DNA of 64,000 bases from Escherichia phage EO1: sequence record OQ223305.1, one strand, 5' to 3'. Under the pieces are notes generated by a model. The model ran no database searches and had not been told where the DNA came from. It saw only the letters and a list, made by a program, of their open reading frames with translations. Below, piece by piece: positions 35,484-45,417 of this stretch; position 1 is the stretch's first letter; every line of letters begins with the position of its first letter. The position numbers and the translations under genes are program-made.

Positions 35484-35690
35484 ATGTTAAATCGTTGGAT
35501 TAAACCAAATGAAGATTTAGATATTATCATTTCACGACATGTAATGAAGAAATATGAACTGCAGCCATGGTCCACAGAAGTTGTTGTGCATTCATTTATG
35601 ATGTACGCAGATGGTTCTGTCGAATTTAATGCAGAGATTCGATATGATTATGGCGAGAAGCAAGTTGAATTCAAGAGAGGTTTTTTGTAG
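35484..35690 (+). CDS. hypothetical protein (68 aa)
   Basis: ORF after GGAGAG SD. Confidence 0.4.
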   Translation: MLNRWIKPNEDLDIIISRHVMKKYELQPWSTEVVVHSFMMYADGSVEFNAEIRYDYGEKQVEFKRGFL

Positions 35691-36022
35691 TGTTTATCTT
35701 TAATTGGTTTAAAAGTTTCTTTACGGATTTTTTCTCTACGACTCCTGGGGAAGGTGTAGTTCCTATTTCAAATGACTACCTTCCTTTAACTGTAGTTGAG
35801 TATGTTTATATGGGAGATGGAACAGTAGAAGCAGTTACTATGACTTATGAAGAAGCCCAAGAATATTATAAAAATCCTTGGCGATGGTCAGTACCTACAT
35901 CTTCTAACGAAGTTAAAAGTTCTAATTCTTCATATGATACAAATGTTCCTGTTCACGTATGGGCAAGTGATTCATGCGGAAGTTCTTGTGATTCTAGTTG
36001 TTCATCTACATCTTGTGATTGA
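35690..36022 (+). CDS. hypothetical protein with Cys/Ser-rich C-terminal tail (110 aa)
   Basis: GTG start overlapping the upstream stop; C-terminus [18 protein letters not shown]. Confidence 0.35.
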   Translation: MFIFNWFKSFFTDFFSTTPGEGVVPISNDYLPLTVVEYVYMGDGTVEAVTMTYEEAQEYYKNPWRWSVPTSSNEVKSSNSSYDTNVPVHVWASDSCGSSCDSSCSSTSCD

Positions 36023-36030
36023 GGAAAATT

Positions 36031-36516
36031 ATGGAAGCAATTTTGTTTGAAATGTTTATTAATAGTATTAGTATGGCGTTTGTCAAGGATGTTCCAATTA
36101 CTGTAGCAGTAATGATTGACAAAAGATATGACAATAGCATGTATCTAGTAGAAGATTTTATTTCAATGCCAGTTCCAGAAGATGTTGAAATAAAACTTAA
36201 AAAGATCGGAATTATTGAAACTGTACAAAATTCTCCATTTACGTCAATTCAAGCATTTACTAAATCTAACTATATTGATGTTGGTGAAGCATTTTATAAC
36301 AATAAACCGCTGTCCTTCTATTCATATGATTCAGTACATGACTGGAAAATAGATAAGGGAAATAAATTCATAATTGCGGAAGAAATTGCGCTATCATATT
36401 TTATTACTTCTTTATGGAATAAATTAACTCCAAATTTGCTAAAAATTCATAAATTTGACGATGCTCCTACTATTGTTTTAGGTAAAATGAATGAAAGTCC
36501 TAAAGAAAATATTTGA
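36031..36516 (+). CDS. hypothetical protein (161 aa)
   Basis: ATG 36031 after GAGGAAAATT. Confidence 0.45.
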   Translation: MEAILFEMFINSISMAFVKDVPITVAVMIDKRYDNSMYLVEDFISMPVPEDVEIKLKKIGIIETVQNSPFTSIQAFTKSNYIDVGEAFYNNKPLSFYSYDSVHDWKIDKGNKFIIAEEIALSYFITSLWNKLTPNLLKIHKFDDAPTIVLGKMNESPKENI

Positions 36517-36694
36517 ATGGTTTAATCGACCAAACTCAATGTATATTGATGATGGCTGGGTTGAACAAGCAAATAAAGAAATGCAGAATGAATCAGAAGA
36601 GTGGATGAAATCTATGATTAAAGCTGAGCAAGAAAAGAAATTAGAGCGCTCAGCGCTTAAATTGATGAGAGACATCTATGGTGATAAATCATGA
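36491..36694 (+). CDS. hypothetical protein (67 aa)
   Basis: ORF overlapping the previous one; Glu/Lys-rich. Confidence 0.35.
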   Translation: MKVLKKIFEWFNRPNSMYIDDGWVEQANKEMQNESEEWMKSMIKAEQEKKLERSALKLMRDIYGDKS

Positions 36695-36855
36695 CCAAAG
36701 ATATGACGTTAGAAGAGGCTAAAGCTAAAGCAAATGAAGCCTTAGATTTGCTTCTTAAAATCGGTAGTAAAATGATGGAAGAAAATGAGAAGTATATCCA
36801 GGAAAATAAAATTCCTGACGGTCCATTAGTAGGCAAAAGGAAATCACATGATTGA
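36691..36855 (+). CDS. hypothetical protein (54 aa)
   Basis: Short ORF, ATGA overlap with the upstream gene. Confidence 0.3.
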   Translation: MTKDMTLEEAKAKANEALDLLLKIGSKMMEENEKYIQENKIPDGPLVGKRKSHD

Positions 36856-37318
36856 AGTAGCAAAATTATATTCAATAGAATTTATGTCTAAAGAAGGTAA
36901 ATCAGTAAATACACTTGATAAAAAGTGCTCATTAATTATTCCTTTAGCAGAAAATCCAGATATTTTAATTAAAAATATAAAAGAAAGAAAATATCCAGAA
37001 AATGTTATTCTAATTATAAAGCATACTGAAGATATTTTGCAGAATACAGATTCACCATTTTCTTCTTCTGAAGCTTTAACTATTAAAGGCTATAAAAGAG
37101 CTCATGAATATGGTCTTTTTGACATGTTTGAAGACGATAAAGTTAAATTAGCGAGTCAACCTTCTAAAAGTAAAACATTCATTATTGAAGATATTAAAGA
37201 TATAAATGCATTTGTTAGGATGGTCTGGGCTCATTTTGATGTTGGACTACGCTGGAGAATGTCCGAAGAAGAAAGAAAGATCATTGAAACTAATCGTAAA
37301 TTTGGTTTTTATCGCTAG
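36848..37318 (+). CDS. hypothetical protein (156 aa)
   Basis: ORF after AAAGGAAATCAC. Confidence 0.45.
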   Translation: MIEVAKLYSIEFMSKEGKSVNTLDKKCSLIIPLAENPDILIKNIKERKYPENVILIIKHTEDILQNTDSPFSSSEALTIKGYKRAHEYGLFDMFEDDKVKLASQPSKSKTFIIEDIKDINAFVRMVWAHFDVGLRWRMSEEERKIIETNRKFGFYR

Positions 37319-37326
37319 GAATTAAT

Positions 37327-37509
37327 ATGGATTTATTTGAGATGTTAGAAGATAATCATTCTACGAATATCCAGAATGATTCTAGTGATTATAAAAAAGA
37401 GTACCGTATAGTATTACAGAATTATGGAATTGAAGCCCCAGATGCTCTTCTAGAAGAACTAGCTTCATACCATCTTGACCCTCCGCCTTGGGCTCCCTGG
37501 GCAAAATAA
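37327..37509 (+). CDS. hypothetical acidic protein (60 aa)
   Basis: ORF; C-terminus PPPWAPWAK. Confidence 0.35.
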   Translation: MDLFEMLEDNHSTNIQNDSSDYKKEYRIVLQNYGIEAPDALLEELASYHLDPPPWAPWAK

Positions 37510-37520
37510 TTCAAAAAGTT

Positions 37521-37576
37521 GTTTACTTTCCTTTCTAACGATGATATGATAGCTTCTGAAGTATACGGAGGCTATC
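37521..37576 (+). promoter_or_regulatory. early promoter and leader hairpin upstream of the first mod-family gene
   Basis: GTTTAC 37521-37526, -10-like TATGAT 37545-37550; inverted repeat GATAGC (37548-37553) / GCTATC (37571-37576) brackets the SD GGAGG. Confidence 0.55.
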
Positions 37577-38200
37577 ATGATTATTAATCCTGCAGATGTT
37601 GAACAGTTATCTATAAAAGCTGAAAGCGTTGATTTTCAATATGATATGTATAAAAAAGTCTGTGAAAAATTTACTGACTTTGAGCAGTCTGTTCTTTGGC
37701 AATGTATGGAAGCCAAAAAGAATGAAGCTCTTCATCAGCAGTTGAATAAAATCGTTAAAAAGCATTTAACTAAATCACCTTATCAGCTATATCGTGGTAT
37801 ATCAAAATCGACAAAAGAACTCATTAAAGATTTACAAGTTGGAGAAGTGTTTTCAACGAACAGGGTAGATTCATTTACTACTAGTTTGCACACAGCATGT
37901 GGTTTTTCTTATGTTGAGTATTTCACTGAAATAATATTTCGCTTAAAAACTGATAAAGCTTTTAATTATTCTGACTATATCAGCGATATTATACTTTCTT
38001 CTCCTAATACTGAGTTTAAGTACACGTATGAAGATACTGACGGGTTAGATTCAGAAAGAACTGATAACTTAATGATGATTGTACATGAACAAGAATGGAT
38101 GATTCCAATTGGAAAGTATAGAATAACTTCTATTTCAAAAGAAAAATTACACGATTCATTTGGAACATTTAAAGTTTATGATATTGAGGTAGTTGAATGA
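37577..38200 (+). CDS. ADP-ribosyltransferase, ModA/ModB family (207 aa)
   Basis: R-S-E signature (LYRGIS, FTTSL, HEQEWMIP); own early promoter; located between soc and dda as T4 modA/modB. Confidence 0.6.
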   Translation: MIINPADVEQLSIKAESVDFQYDMYKKVCEKFTDFEQSVLWQCMEAKKNEALHQQLNKIVKKHLTKSPYQLYRGISKSTKELIKDLQVGEVFSTNRVDSFTTSLHTACGFSYVEYFTEIIFRLKTDKAFNYSDYISDIILSSPNTEFKYTYEDTDGLDSERTDNLMMIVHEQEWMIPIGKYRITSISKEKLHDSFGTFKVYDIEVVE

Positions 38201-38799
38201 AATACTCAATAATGCAACTAAAAGATTTTAAAATAAAATCAATGGATGCATCGGTGCGTGCTTCTATTCGTGAAGAATTGCTTTCTGAAGGGTTTAATTT
38301 ATCTGAAATTGAACTTTTAATTCATTGTATTACCAATAAGCCAGATGACCATACTTGGTTAAATGAAATAATCAAATCTCGTTTGGTTCCAAACGATAAA
38401 CCTCTTTGGAGAGGTGTTCCAGTTGAGACTAAACAGGTGTTAAATCAAGGAATTGATATTATTACATTTGATAAAGTAGTATCAGCTTCATATGATAAAA
38501 ATATAGCTCTACATTTTGCTTCTGGATTAGAATACAACACACAAGTTATTTTTGAATTCAAAGCTCCTATGGTGTTTAATTTCCAGGAGTATGCTATAAA
38601 AGCTTTACGTTGTAAAGAATATAGTCCGAGTTTTAAGTTTCCGGATAGCCATCGCTATCGTAATATGGAATTAGTTTCAGATGAACAAGAAGTAATGATA
38701 CCAGCTGGAAGTGTATTTAGAATTGCGGATAGATACGAGTATAAAAAGTATTCAACATACACTATCTATACTCTTGATTTTGAAGGATTTAATCTATAA
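38197..38799 (+). CDS. ADP-ribosyltransferase, ModA/ModB family paralog (200 aa)
   Basis: Same motif pattern (LWRGVP, VVSASYD, DEQEVMIPAGS); translationally coupled to the upstream paralog. Confidence 0.6.
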   Translation: MKYSIMQLKDFKIKSMDASVRASIREELLSEGFNLSEIELLIHCITNKPDDHTWLNEIIKSRLVPNDKPLWRGVPVETKQVLNQGIDIITFDKVVSASYDKNIALHFASGLEYNTQVIFEFKAPMVFNFQEYAIKALRCKEYSPSFKFPDSHRYRNMELVSDEQEVMIPAGSVFRIADRYEYKKYSTYTIYTLDFEGFNL

Positions 38800-38855
38800 T
38801 GGAAGGACTTAGATTCATTATACCATGAAAGTTTTAAAGCATTTTTCATAAAGTT

Positions 38856-38885
38856 GTTTACAAGCTGAAGTAAAAATGTTATAAT
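38856..38885 (+). promoter_or_regulatory. early promoter (GTTTAC ... TATAAT) for the srd-position gene
   Basis: GTTTAC 38856-38861, TATAAT 38880-38885, 18-bp spacer. Confidence 0.65.
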
Positions 38886-38915
38886 ATAAGTAGTTAACCC
38901 GTCCGTGAGAAAAAT

Positions 38916-39662
38916 ATGAAACTGTCTAAAAATCAAATTCGTAAAATTACACGTCGTCTAGAGCACACTCAGGCATCTGCTAAAAGACGTTCTAAAGATT
39001 TTAACTTAGACTTCAATTACATTAAGAACATTTTAGATCAGAAAGTTTGCGCTTACTCAGGAGAACCTTTTGATAATCGTATTGAAGGAGAGAAATTATC
39101 ATTAGAACGTTTTGATAATAACGTTGGATACATTAAAGGGAATGTTATTGCAGTAAAGAAAAAGTATAATACATTTCGTTCTGATTATACTTTAGAAGAG
39201 TTGATTGAAAAGCGTGATTTATTTGCTTTGCGAATTGGTCGTTCATCTGCGAAAAAAGTTCATAAACTAAATTTAGATGAAAAGAAATGGGCTAAAATCA
39301 AAAAGACTTATAATCAAATTAAAGCTATACAGAAAAAACGTGAAAACCGAATTGAACACATTTCTCAGCTTTCTAAATCAAAACAAACCTCTGACGTTAA
39401 GCTAACGATTGTATCACTCAAAGCTCGTATTGATGGTTCTCGTATAGCAGAAGGCGCTGAAGTTGTTAAACTGAACGTTCTTCTTAAAGGCTCGGATTGG
39501 AAAATTGTGAAAAAGTTGTCAGAAGCAGAAATGCAATATGATATGTGTGATAAAATTATTCAAGGTGTAGAGCGGTATCAAAATTTGTCTTTTATTGATA
39601 AACTTAAACTGAAAAGAGGATATCCGCTAAATTGTTCAATTTTTAAACTTATCCGAGGATAA
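38916..39662 (+). CDS. hypothetical protein at the srd position (248 aa)
   Basis: Own early promoter (38856-38885); size and position fit T4 srd. No motif confirmed. Confidence 0.4.
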   Translation: MKLSKNQIRKITRRLEHTQASAKRRSKDFNLDFNYIKNILDQKVCAYSGEPFDNRIEGEKLSLERFDNNVGYIKGNVIAVKKKYNTFRSDYTLEELIEKRDLFALRIGRSSAKKVHKLNLDEKKWAKIKKTYNQIKAIQKKRENRIEHISQLSKSKQTSDVKLTIVSLKARIDGSRIAEGAEVVKLNVLLKGSDWKIVKKLSEAEMQYDMCDKIIQGVERYQNLSFIDKLKLKRGYPLNCSIFKLIRG

Positions 39663-39663
39663 T

Positions 39664-39975
39664 ATGGTTTATGTATATGCGATAGTTTACCGAGACAAAG
39701 ACGGATTTACGGCGCCAGTTCCGCTTGATGAACATCGTCCTGCTGTGTTTTTTGAAAGAGAGATTGCTGATAGAGTTTTTACTACTCTCAAAGACCAATA
39801 TAAACTAGCTTTAGGTATGGGAATTCCAAGACTAGTTGAGACTCCACGCAAGTTTTGGTTTAATAAAATAGAAGTTAAACATGTTAAGCCTGATGTAGAT
39901 ACACAAAGATTATATCAACGAATTCTAGATACTGGGCGTATTGTTAGTATTCCAATTGCAGGGACTTTCCGATGA
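39664..39975 (+). CDS. hypothetical protein (103 aa)
   Basis: ORF immediately upstream of dda. Confidence 0.4.
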   Translation: MVYVYAIVYRDKDGFTAPVPLDEHRPAVFFEREIADRVFTTLKDQYKLALGMGIPRLVETPRKFWFNKIEVKHVKPDVDTQRLYQRILDTGRIVSIPIAGTFR

Positions 39976-41291
39976 CATTTGATGATTTGACAGAAGGCCA
40001 GAAAAATGCCTTTAACATCGTTATGAGGGCTATTAAAGAAAAGAAACATCATGTAACTATTAATGGACCTGCTGGTACTGGTAAGACTACTCTTACTAAG
40101 TTCATCATTGAAGCTTTAATATCTACGGGTGAAACTGGTATTATTTTAGCAGCTCCTACTCATGCAGCTAAAAAGATTCTTTCAAAACTGTCGGGGAAAG
40201 AAGCGAGTACTATTCACAGTATTCTTAAAATTAACCCAGTTACGTATGAAGAAAACGTTCTTTTTGAACAAAAAGAAGTACCAGATTTAGCTAAATGCAG
40301 GGTATTAATCTGCGACGAAGTGTCAATGTATGATAGAAAGCTCTTCAAAATTTTGCTTTCAACTATCCCACCGTGGTGTACTATAATTGGAATAGGCGAT
40401 AATAAGCAAATTAGACCTGTTGACCCAGGAGAAAATACTGCTTATATCAGTCCATTCTTTACACACAAAGATTTTTATCAGTGTGAACTTACTGAAGTTA
40501 AACGCAGTAATGCTCCTATTATTGATGTAGCTACTGATGTTCGCAACGGTAAGTGGATTTATGATAAAGTTGTTGACGGGCATGGAGTACGTGGATTTAC
40601 TGGTGATACCGCTTTACGTGATTTTATGGTAAATTATTTTTCAATCGTAAAATCATTAGATGATTTGTTTGAAAATCGCGTAATGGCATTTACGAATAAA
40701 TCTGTTGACAAGTTAAATAGCATTATTCGTAAAAAGATTTTTGAAACTGATAAAGATTTTATTGTTGGTGAAATTATTGTAATGCAGGAACCATTAATTA
40801 AAACATATAAAATTGATGGAAAGCCTGTATCAGAAATTATTTTTAATAATGGACAATTAGTTCGTATTATAGAAGCAGAGTATACATCAACATTTGTTAA
40901 AGCTCGTGGTGTTCCTGGAGAATATCTAATTCGTCATTGGGACTTAACAGTAGAAACTTACGGCGATGATGAATATTATCGTGAAAAGATTAAAATAATT
41001 TCATCTGATGAAGAGCTATATAAGTTTAACCTATTTTTAGGTAAAACGGCAGAAACTTATAAAAATTGGAACAAAGGCGGAAAAGCTCCATGGAGTGATT
41101 TTTGGGATGCTAAATCACAGTTCAGTAAAGTGAAAGCACTTCCTGCATCAACATTCCATAAAGCTCAGGGTATGTCTGTAGACCGTGCTTTCATTTATAC
41201 GCCTTGTATTCATTATGCAGATGCTGAATTAGCTCAACAACTTCTTTACGTTGGTGTAACACGTGGTCGTTATGATGTGTTTTATGTGTGA
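39972..41291 (+). CDS. dda: Dda DNA helicase (SF1), 439 aa
   Basis: 439 aa; Walker A GPAGTGKTT; MTFDDLTEGQKNAFNIVMRAI matches T4 Dda as recalled. Confidence 0.85.
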   Translation: MTFDDLTEGQKNAFNIVMRAIKEKKHHVTINGPAGTGKTTLTKFIIEALISTGETGIILAAPTHAAKKILSKLSGKEASTIHSILKINPVTYEENVLFEQKEVPDLAKCRVLICDEVSMYDRKLFKILLSTIPPWCTIIGIGDNKQIRPVDPGENTAYISPFFTHKDFYQCELTEVKRSNAPIIDVATDVRNGKWIYDKVVDGHGVRGFTGDTALRDFMVNYFSIVKSLDDLFENRVMAFTNKSVDKLNSIIRKKIFETDKDFIVGEIIVMQEPLIKTYKIDGKPVSEIIFNNGQLVRIIEAEYTSTFVKARGVPGEYLIRHWDLTVETYGDDEYYREKIKIISSDEELYKFNLFLGKTAETYKNWNKGGKAPWSDFWDAKSQFSKVKALPASTFHKAQGMSVDRAFIYTPCIHYADAELAQQLLYVGVTRGRYDVFYV

Positions 41292-41297
41292 GGCTAT

Positions 41298-41558
41298 ATG
41301 ATTAACATCAATTCAAAATATTTAAATCGTCTAATAGATGGTATAAGGAAGCATACTAATAAGCAAGATAATCTCGATGTTATGGTAACAGGAGCTGAGC
41401 TCCTTCATAAGCTTTATCTTATAAGTGATACTATATTAGCAATTAAACGAATTGAAAAACAATCATATCACAGTAATACAGATACGGTAATTACACTAGA
41501 TGAAAGTGTCTGTAAATTACTAATTAAATTTGAGGAAGCTATTCGTGGAAATAACTAA
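41298..41558 (+). CDS. hypothetical protein (86 aa), member of a local paralog trio
   Basis: ORF after dda; same size class as the two following ORFs. Confidence 0.4.
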   Translation: MININSKYLNRLIDGIRKHTNKQDNLDVMVTGAELLHKLYLISDTILAIKRIEKQSYHSNTDTVITLDESVCKLLIKFEEAIRGNN

Positions 41559-41790
41559 AGATCAGTTTTATCTGCTTCAAGATAAAGTGAGCGAAATTTA
41601 TGAAATAGCTTATAGTAAAAATCGTAGAAATGTAAAAATTGAATCTAGTAAGTTGAGGCTTCAATTAGAAGAAATTGAACGAGATTTAATTGCGTTAGAA
41701 TTCTTTTGTGGTGAAGTGAAAACTGTTACAATCAGTGATTATGTTTTAGGCGAAATTAGCCATCTTTATAAGGCGATTATTAATGATTGA
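41530..41790 (+). CDS. hypothetical protein (86 aa), paralog
   Basis: C-terminus TISDYVLGEISHLYKAI resembles the next ORF. Confidence 0.4.
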   Translation: MRKLFVEITKDQFYLLQDKVSEIYEIAYSKNRRNVKIESSKLRLQLEEIERDLIALEFFCGEVKTVTISDYVLGEISHLYKAIIND

Positions 41791-42025
41791 ATTAAGTTGG
41801 TATCAGTTTAAATCTCTTATGGCAAATGTTAAAGCTGTCATTGAAGAAAATCCGGGTCCTGAAAATATTACTATTCGCGAAAAAGCTTCAAAGATAGTAT
41901 ACAGTCTTGAAGAGATACAAAAAGACATTGAATCTATGGCAAAATTTATTGATGAGCCTATTAATAAAGTTTATATTCAAGACTATACTGTAGGTCAAAT
42001 TCGCGATTTAGCAAGGAAAATTTAA
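41783..42025 (+). CDS. hypothetical protein (80 aa), paralog
   Basis: C-terminus YIQDYTVGQIRDLARKI resembles the previous ORF. Confidence 0.4.
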   Translation: MIELSWYQFKSLMANVKAVIEENPGPENITIREKASKIVYSLEEIQKDIESMAKFIDEPINKVYIQDYTVGQIRDLARKI

Positions 42026-42709
42026 TGTTTGATTTTATTATAGATTTTGAAACAATGGGAAGCGGCGAAAAGGCAGCTGTTATTGATTTAGCTGTAATTG
42101 CTTTTGACCCTAATCCAGAAGTCGTTGAAACATTCGATGAATTAGTTTCACGTGGCATTAAAATCAAATTTGATTTAAAAAGCCAAAAAGGACATCGTCT
42201 TTTTACTAAAAGCACTATCGAATGGTGGAAGAATCAATCCCCTGAAGCTCGAAAAAAATATTGCACCGTCAGATGAAGATGTAAGCACTATTGATGGTAT
42301 TGCAAAATTCAATGATTACATCAATGCGCATAATATAGATCCTTGGAAATCTCAGGGTTGGTGCCGTGGAATGTCGTTTGATTTTCCAATTTTAGTCGAT
42401 CTCATTCGTGATATTCAACGTTTTAATGGCGTTTCTGAGAATGAACTTGACACATTTAAGTTAGAACCATGTAAATTCTGGAATCAGCGTGATATTCGTA
42501 CCAGAATTGAAGCACTTCTGCTCGTTCGTGATATGACCACATGTCCTCTTCCAAAGGGAACTTTAGATGGATTTGTTGCACATGATTCTATTCATGACTG
42601 TGCGAAAGATATTCTGATGATGAAGTATGCTTTGCGATATGCTATGGGTCTTGAAGATCCTCCGTCAGAGGAAGAGTGCGATCCTCTATCTCTTCCAACA
42701 AAACGATAA
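42025..42709 (+). pseudogene. dexA: dexA (exonuclease A) interrupted by a +1 frameshift in an A7 run
   Basis: N-terminal 83-aa ORF (MFDFIIDFETMGSGEKAAVIDLAVIAF) stops at 42276; continuation is in another frame to 42709. Removing one A from the run at 42252-42258 gives one ~227-aa reading frame. Confidence 0.6.
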
Positions 42710-42715
42710 AAAGTT

Positions 42716-42745
42716 GTTTACTTCCTCGGTTAGTTGTGGTATTAT
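42716..42745 (+). promoter_or_regulatory. early promoter (GTTTAC ... GTGGTATTAT)
   Basis: GTTTAC 42716-42721, TATTAT 42740-42745. Confidence 0.6.
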
Positions 42746-42772
42746 AACACCATAGCTACTGAGGATAATAAA

Positions 42773-43273
42773 ATGAAAATTTATCGTGTTGAATCATCGT
42801 TTAGTATTCTTGATTATGAAGATGCTATAACAATACGTCGAAATCTTTGTGTTCAAATAACGCCGTACAGGAGTATAATAGATTCATGGAGCGAAGAGTG
42901 GCTATTACACGTAGGTTATGACAGACCTAATTTTATGCATCATAGCGATAATAATAAAAGAATTCCTTTACCACACGAAGATAAACTATTAGTTAAAAAC
43001 GCTAATATAGTAATTAATACTAAGTTCAAGAAAGATTATGTTGGAGTAGAATATCATATTCCAGGATGGTTTATAGCTCTTTATCATTTTGCTTTCGCTA
43101 GTGAGTATGATATGATGAGATGGTTCACACGAGAAGAGCGGGAAGAATTATCTTCTAAAGGATTTTATCTCGCTGTATACGAAGTTCCTGAAGATGAAGT
43201 TATCATTGGTGGGCACCAAGTAATGTTCCGCAAATCGCATGCTGAACTCGTAGATTTTATTGAAATGAGATAA
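42773..43273 (+). CDS. hypothetical early protein (166 aa), motB-region
   Basis: ATG 42773 behind an early promoter (42716-42745); the six-frame start at 42734 lies in the promoter. Confidence 0.45.
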   Translation: MKIYRVESSFSILDYEDAITIRRNLCVQITPYRSIIDSWSEEWLLHVGYDRPNFMHHSDNNKRIPLPHEDKLLVKNANIVINTKFKKDYVGVEYHIPGWFIALYHFAFASEYDMMRWFTREEREELSSKGFYLAVYEVPEDEVIIGGHQVMFRKSHAELVDFIEMR

Positions 43274-43393
43274 TTATGAAATTTAATTATAATCCTGAAT
43301 ACACACCAAATCCGGTAGCTAAACTGATTGATTTTGATGTTGTAAAGCACTTATGTATGCCCTGTTAAACCACTGGAAATTAAGGAACCTACT

Positions 43394-43816
43394 ATGACTA
43401 CCGCCATTGAAATCGGCAAAACCTACAAACTGGTTGAAACTGAAATTAAAACTACTGAACTAAATTTGGGTTATAAAGCATTGACTAATGCTTTTGGTGA
43501 AGGCGAGTTTGTGGTTAAAAGCTTTTCAAAAAGTAACTGGTATGATAAGAATAAAGCTTACGTGATTCGAGTACGCCGTTTAGATAATGATGAAGTAATT
43601 AAAACTATAGTTTTTGAAGCAGAGTTCATCCTCTTTCAAGAATGCGATCCTACTGACCTTCTAACTCATGCGGTAGCTATCAAGACCCCATTTATTTCGG
43701 TTTGTGGTTGGGTAACAGACCAATGGATTGAAGATGGTGTTGAACTTCTGAACGTTGTTCATGCAGGTGATTTTAGCGTAGTACCTCGTAGTGCAGTGGT
43801 AGCTATTTTGAATTAA
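43394..43816 (+). CDS. hypothetical protein (140 aa), paralog A
   Basis: C-terminal region VCGWVTDQWIEDGVELLNVVHAGDFSVVP resembles the next ORF. Confidence 0.45.
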   Translation: MTTAIEIGKTYKLVETEIKTTELNLGYKALTNAFGEGEFVVKSFSKSNWYDKNKAYVIRVRRLDNDEVIKTIVFEAEFILFQECDPTDLLTHAVAIKTPFISVCGWVTDQWIEDGVELLNVVHAGDFSVVPRSAVVAILN

Positions 43817-43818
43817 TA

Positions 43819-43853
43819 GTTTACAAACTCTTGGGACCAGAGTATAATGGTCC
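43819..43853 (+). promoter_or_regulatory. early promoter with TATAAT in a stem-loop
   Basis: GTTTAC 43819-43824; TATAAT 43843-43848 bracketed by inverted repeat GGACCA (43834-43839) / TGGTCC (43848-43853). Confidence 0.65.
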
Positions 43854-43892
43854 TGTGGAGTATAAAATCTTTTTAACAAGTGAGAGATAACT

Positions 43893-44390
43893 ATGATTAT
43901 TAATATTGGTGAAATTGCTCGTGTATCTGATAAATCCCGTTCTAAAGCAGCAGGAAAATTGGTCGAAATTGTAAGCATTCAGCTTAAACACGGCGTTAAA
44001 GATGAAGATTCTGAAGTAAAAGTGCGTATCATTCCTAAAGATGGAAAGTCTAAACCTCAGTTTGGTTATGTTCGATGGAAATTTCTTGAGCCTGCGTTTT
44101 TGAAAGCTGTTCCCGCTAAAGGAATTGAAACGATTGATACTTCGCATGTAGGTGTAGACTTTAAGTGGAAACTCGGTCAGGCTATTAAGTTCGTTGCTCC
44201 TTATGAATTCGAATTTACTGAAGATGAGGAAGGGGTTGTTCAAAAACACCGTACTCGCGCTATGTGTGCATACATTACTGATCAATGGGTAGAAGACGGT
44301 GTTAAGCTGTACAACGCGGTATTTTTAGGAACATACAAAGTCATTCCTGAAAGTTGGATTAAACACTACAGCAAAGCTCGCTGTGCATAA
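43893..44390 (+). CDS. hypothetical protein (165 aa), paralog B
   Basis: C-terminal region MCAYITDQWVEDGVKLYNAVFLGTYKVIP resembles the previous ORF; own promoter at 43819-43848. Confidence 0.45.
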   Translation: MIINIGEIARVSDKSRSKAAGKLVEIVSIQLKHGVKDEDSEVKVRIIPKDGKSKPQFGYVRWKFLEPAFLKAVPAKGIETIDTSHVGVDFKWKLGQAIKFVAPYEFEFTEDEEGVVQKHRTRAMCAYITDQWVEDGVKLYNAVFLGTYKVIPESWIKHYSKARCA

Positions 44391-44424
44391 AGTTTAAATT
44401 TTTTTTTTTCATAAAACTATATAC

Positions 44425-44467
44425 ATCAGTAGTTGATTATGGTACTATATCAATATCAACTACTGAT
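44425..44467 (+). promoter_or_regulatory. promoter-like stem-loop element: 13-bp perfect inverted repeat bracketing a -10 region
   Basis: ATCAGTAGTTGAT (44425-44437) and ATCAACTACTGAT (44455-44467) flank TATGGTACTATAT; variant of the 32-bp core; no GTTTAC -35. Confidence 0.5.
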
Positions 44468-44491
44468 ACAGAAAATAACTTGGAGAATAAA

Positions 44492-44761
44492 ATGGAAAAT
44501 TTAATTATCATCGAGCAATCTTTCAATGATTATGGTATGGCTTACGGTTATCGTGCGATAATGGAAGATTCTCGTGGATGTGTTATCGATATTGCTGAAT
44601 GTAAAGATTTACTGCAGCTTTTGAAGATTGTTCGCAAAAATTGGGATTGTGAAAACATTAAAGCTCGTGTTGTAACGGAAGAAGAAACTGTTTTTCATGA
44701 TGTAAAATTCGCCAAAGGTGCTGCTACTCTTCTGAAACGCATTGCTCCACTGTTCAATTAA
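44492..44761 (+). CDS. hypothetical protein (89 aa)
   Basis: ATG 44492 after TTGGAGAATAAA downstream of a promoter stem-loop. Confidence 0.4.
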   Translation: MENLIIIEQSFNDYGMAYGYRAIMEDSRGCVIDIAECKDLLQLLKIVRKNWDCENIKARVVTEEETVFHDVKFAKGAATLLKRIAPLFN

Positions 44762-44774
44762 TGAGGAAATTGTA

Positions 44775-44990
44775 ATGAAACGTAAAATTGTTCAGAATTG
44801 CACTAATGACGAATTTGAAGATGTATTATTCGATCCAGATTTGGTAGTAGTTCAAAAGGAACACACCATCAAGTTTACTCACTTGACTTCGGTTTATGTG
44901 TATGAAAAGGTTGGTGATAAACAACCAATTTACGGTGTATTTCGTGAAATTACTGAAGATGGCACAACTTACTGGAAGGAAATTTATTAA
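44775..44990 (+). CDS. hypothetical protein (71 aa)
   Basis: ATG 44775 after GAGGAAATTGTA. Confidence 0.4.
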   Translation: MKRKIVQNCTNDEFEDVLFDPDLVVVQKEHTIKFTHLTSVYVYEKVGDKQPIYGVFREITEDGTTYWKEIY

Positions 44991-45415
44991 TGGCTATTAA
45001 ATTTGAAGTTAATAAATGGTATCAATTTAAAAATAAACAAGCTCAAGAAAATTTTATTAAAGACCATACTGATAACGGAATCTATGCACGCCGTTTAGGT
45101 ATGCATCCTTTTAAAATTTTAGATGTTGACCATCTTGGTCGTCCTACTAAAATTGTGACATCTACTGGCACAGTTGGATATGCAACACATGGTGATATCC
45201 TTGACGAAAACTTTATCTGGCTTTCTACTACCGAAGCTGGGTTCTTTGATGAAGTGGAAAATCCATACCAGGCAGCTGAAGAGCAAGAGCAGGAAGAGAA
45301 AGAGCAAGAACAAATAGAAGATTTCACAGAATTCCCGGTCATGAAAGTTACTATTGAAAATAATGAACAGGCATGGTCTTTGTATCAGATGTTGAAAGCA
45401 CACTTTAAGGAATAA
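44990..45415 (+). CDS. hypothetical protein with acidic low-complexity segment (141 aa)
   Basis: ORF with [12 protein letters not shown] tract. Confidence 0.4.
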   Translation: MAIKFEVNKWYQFKNKQAQENFIKDHTDNGIYARRLGMHPFKILDVDHLGRPTKIVTSTGTVGYATHGDILDENFIWLSTTEAGFFDEVENPYQAAEEQEQEEKEQEQIEDFTEFPVMKVTIENNEQAWSLYQMLKAHFKE

Positions 45416-45417
45416 TT

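Noticed and set aside
43821-44285. 154-aa minus-strand ORF
   Set aside because: Antisense to the paralog gene at 43893-44390 and its promoter; no translation signals.
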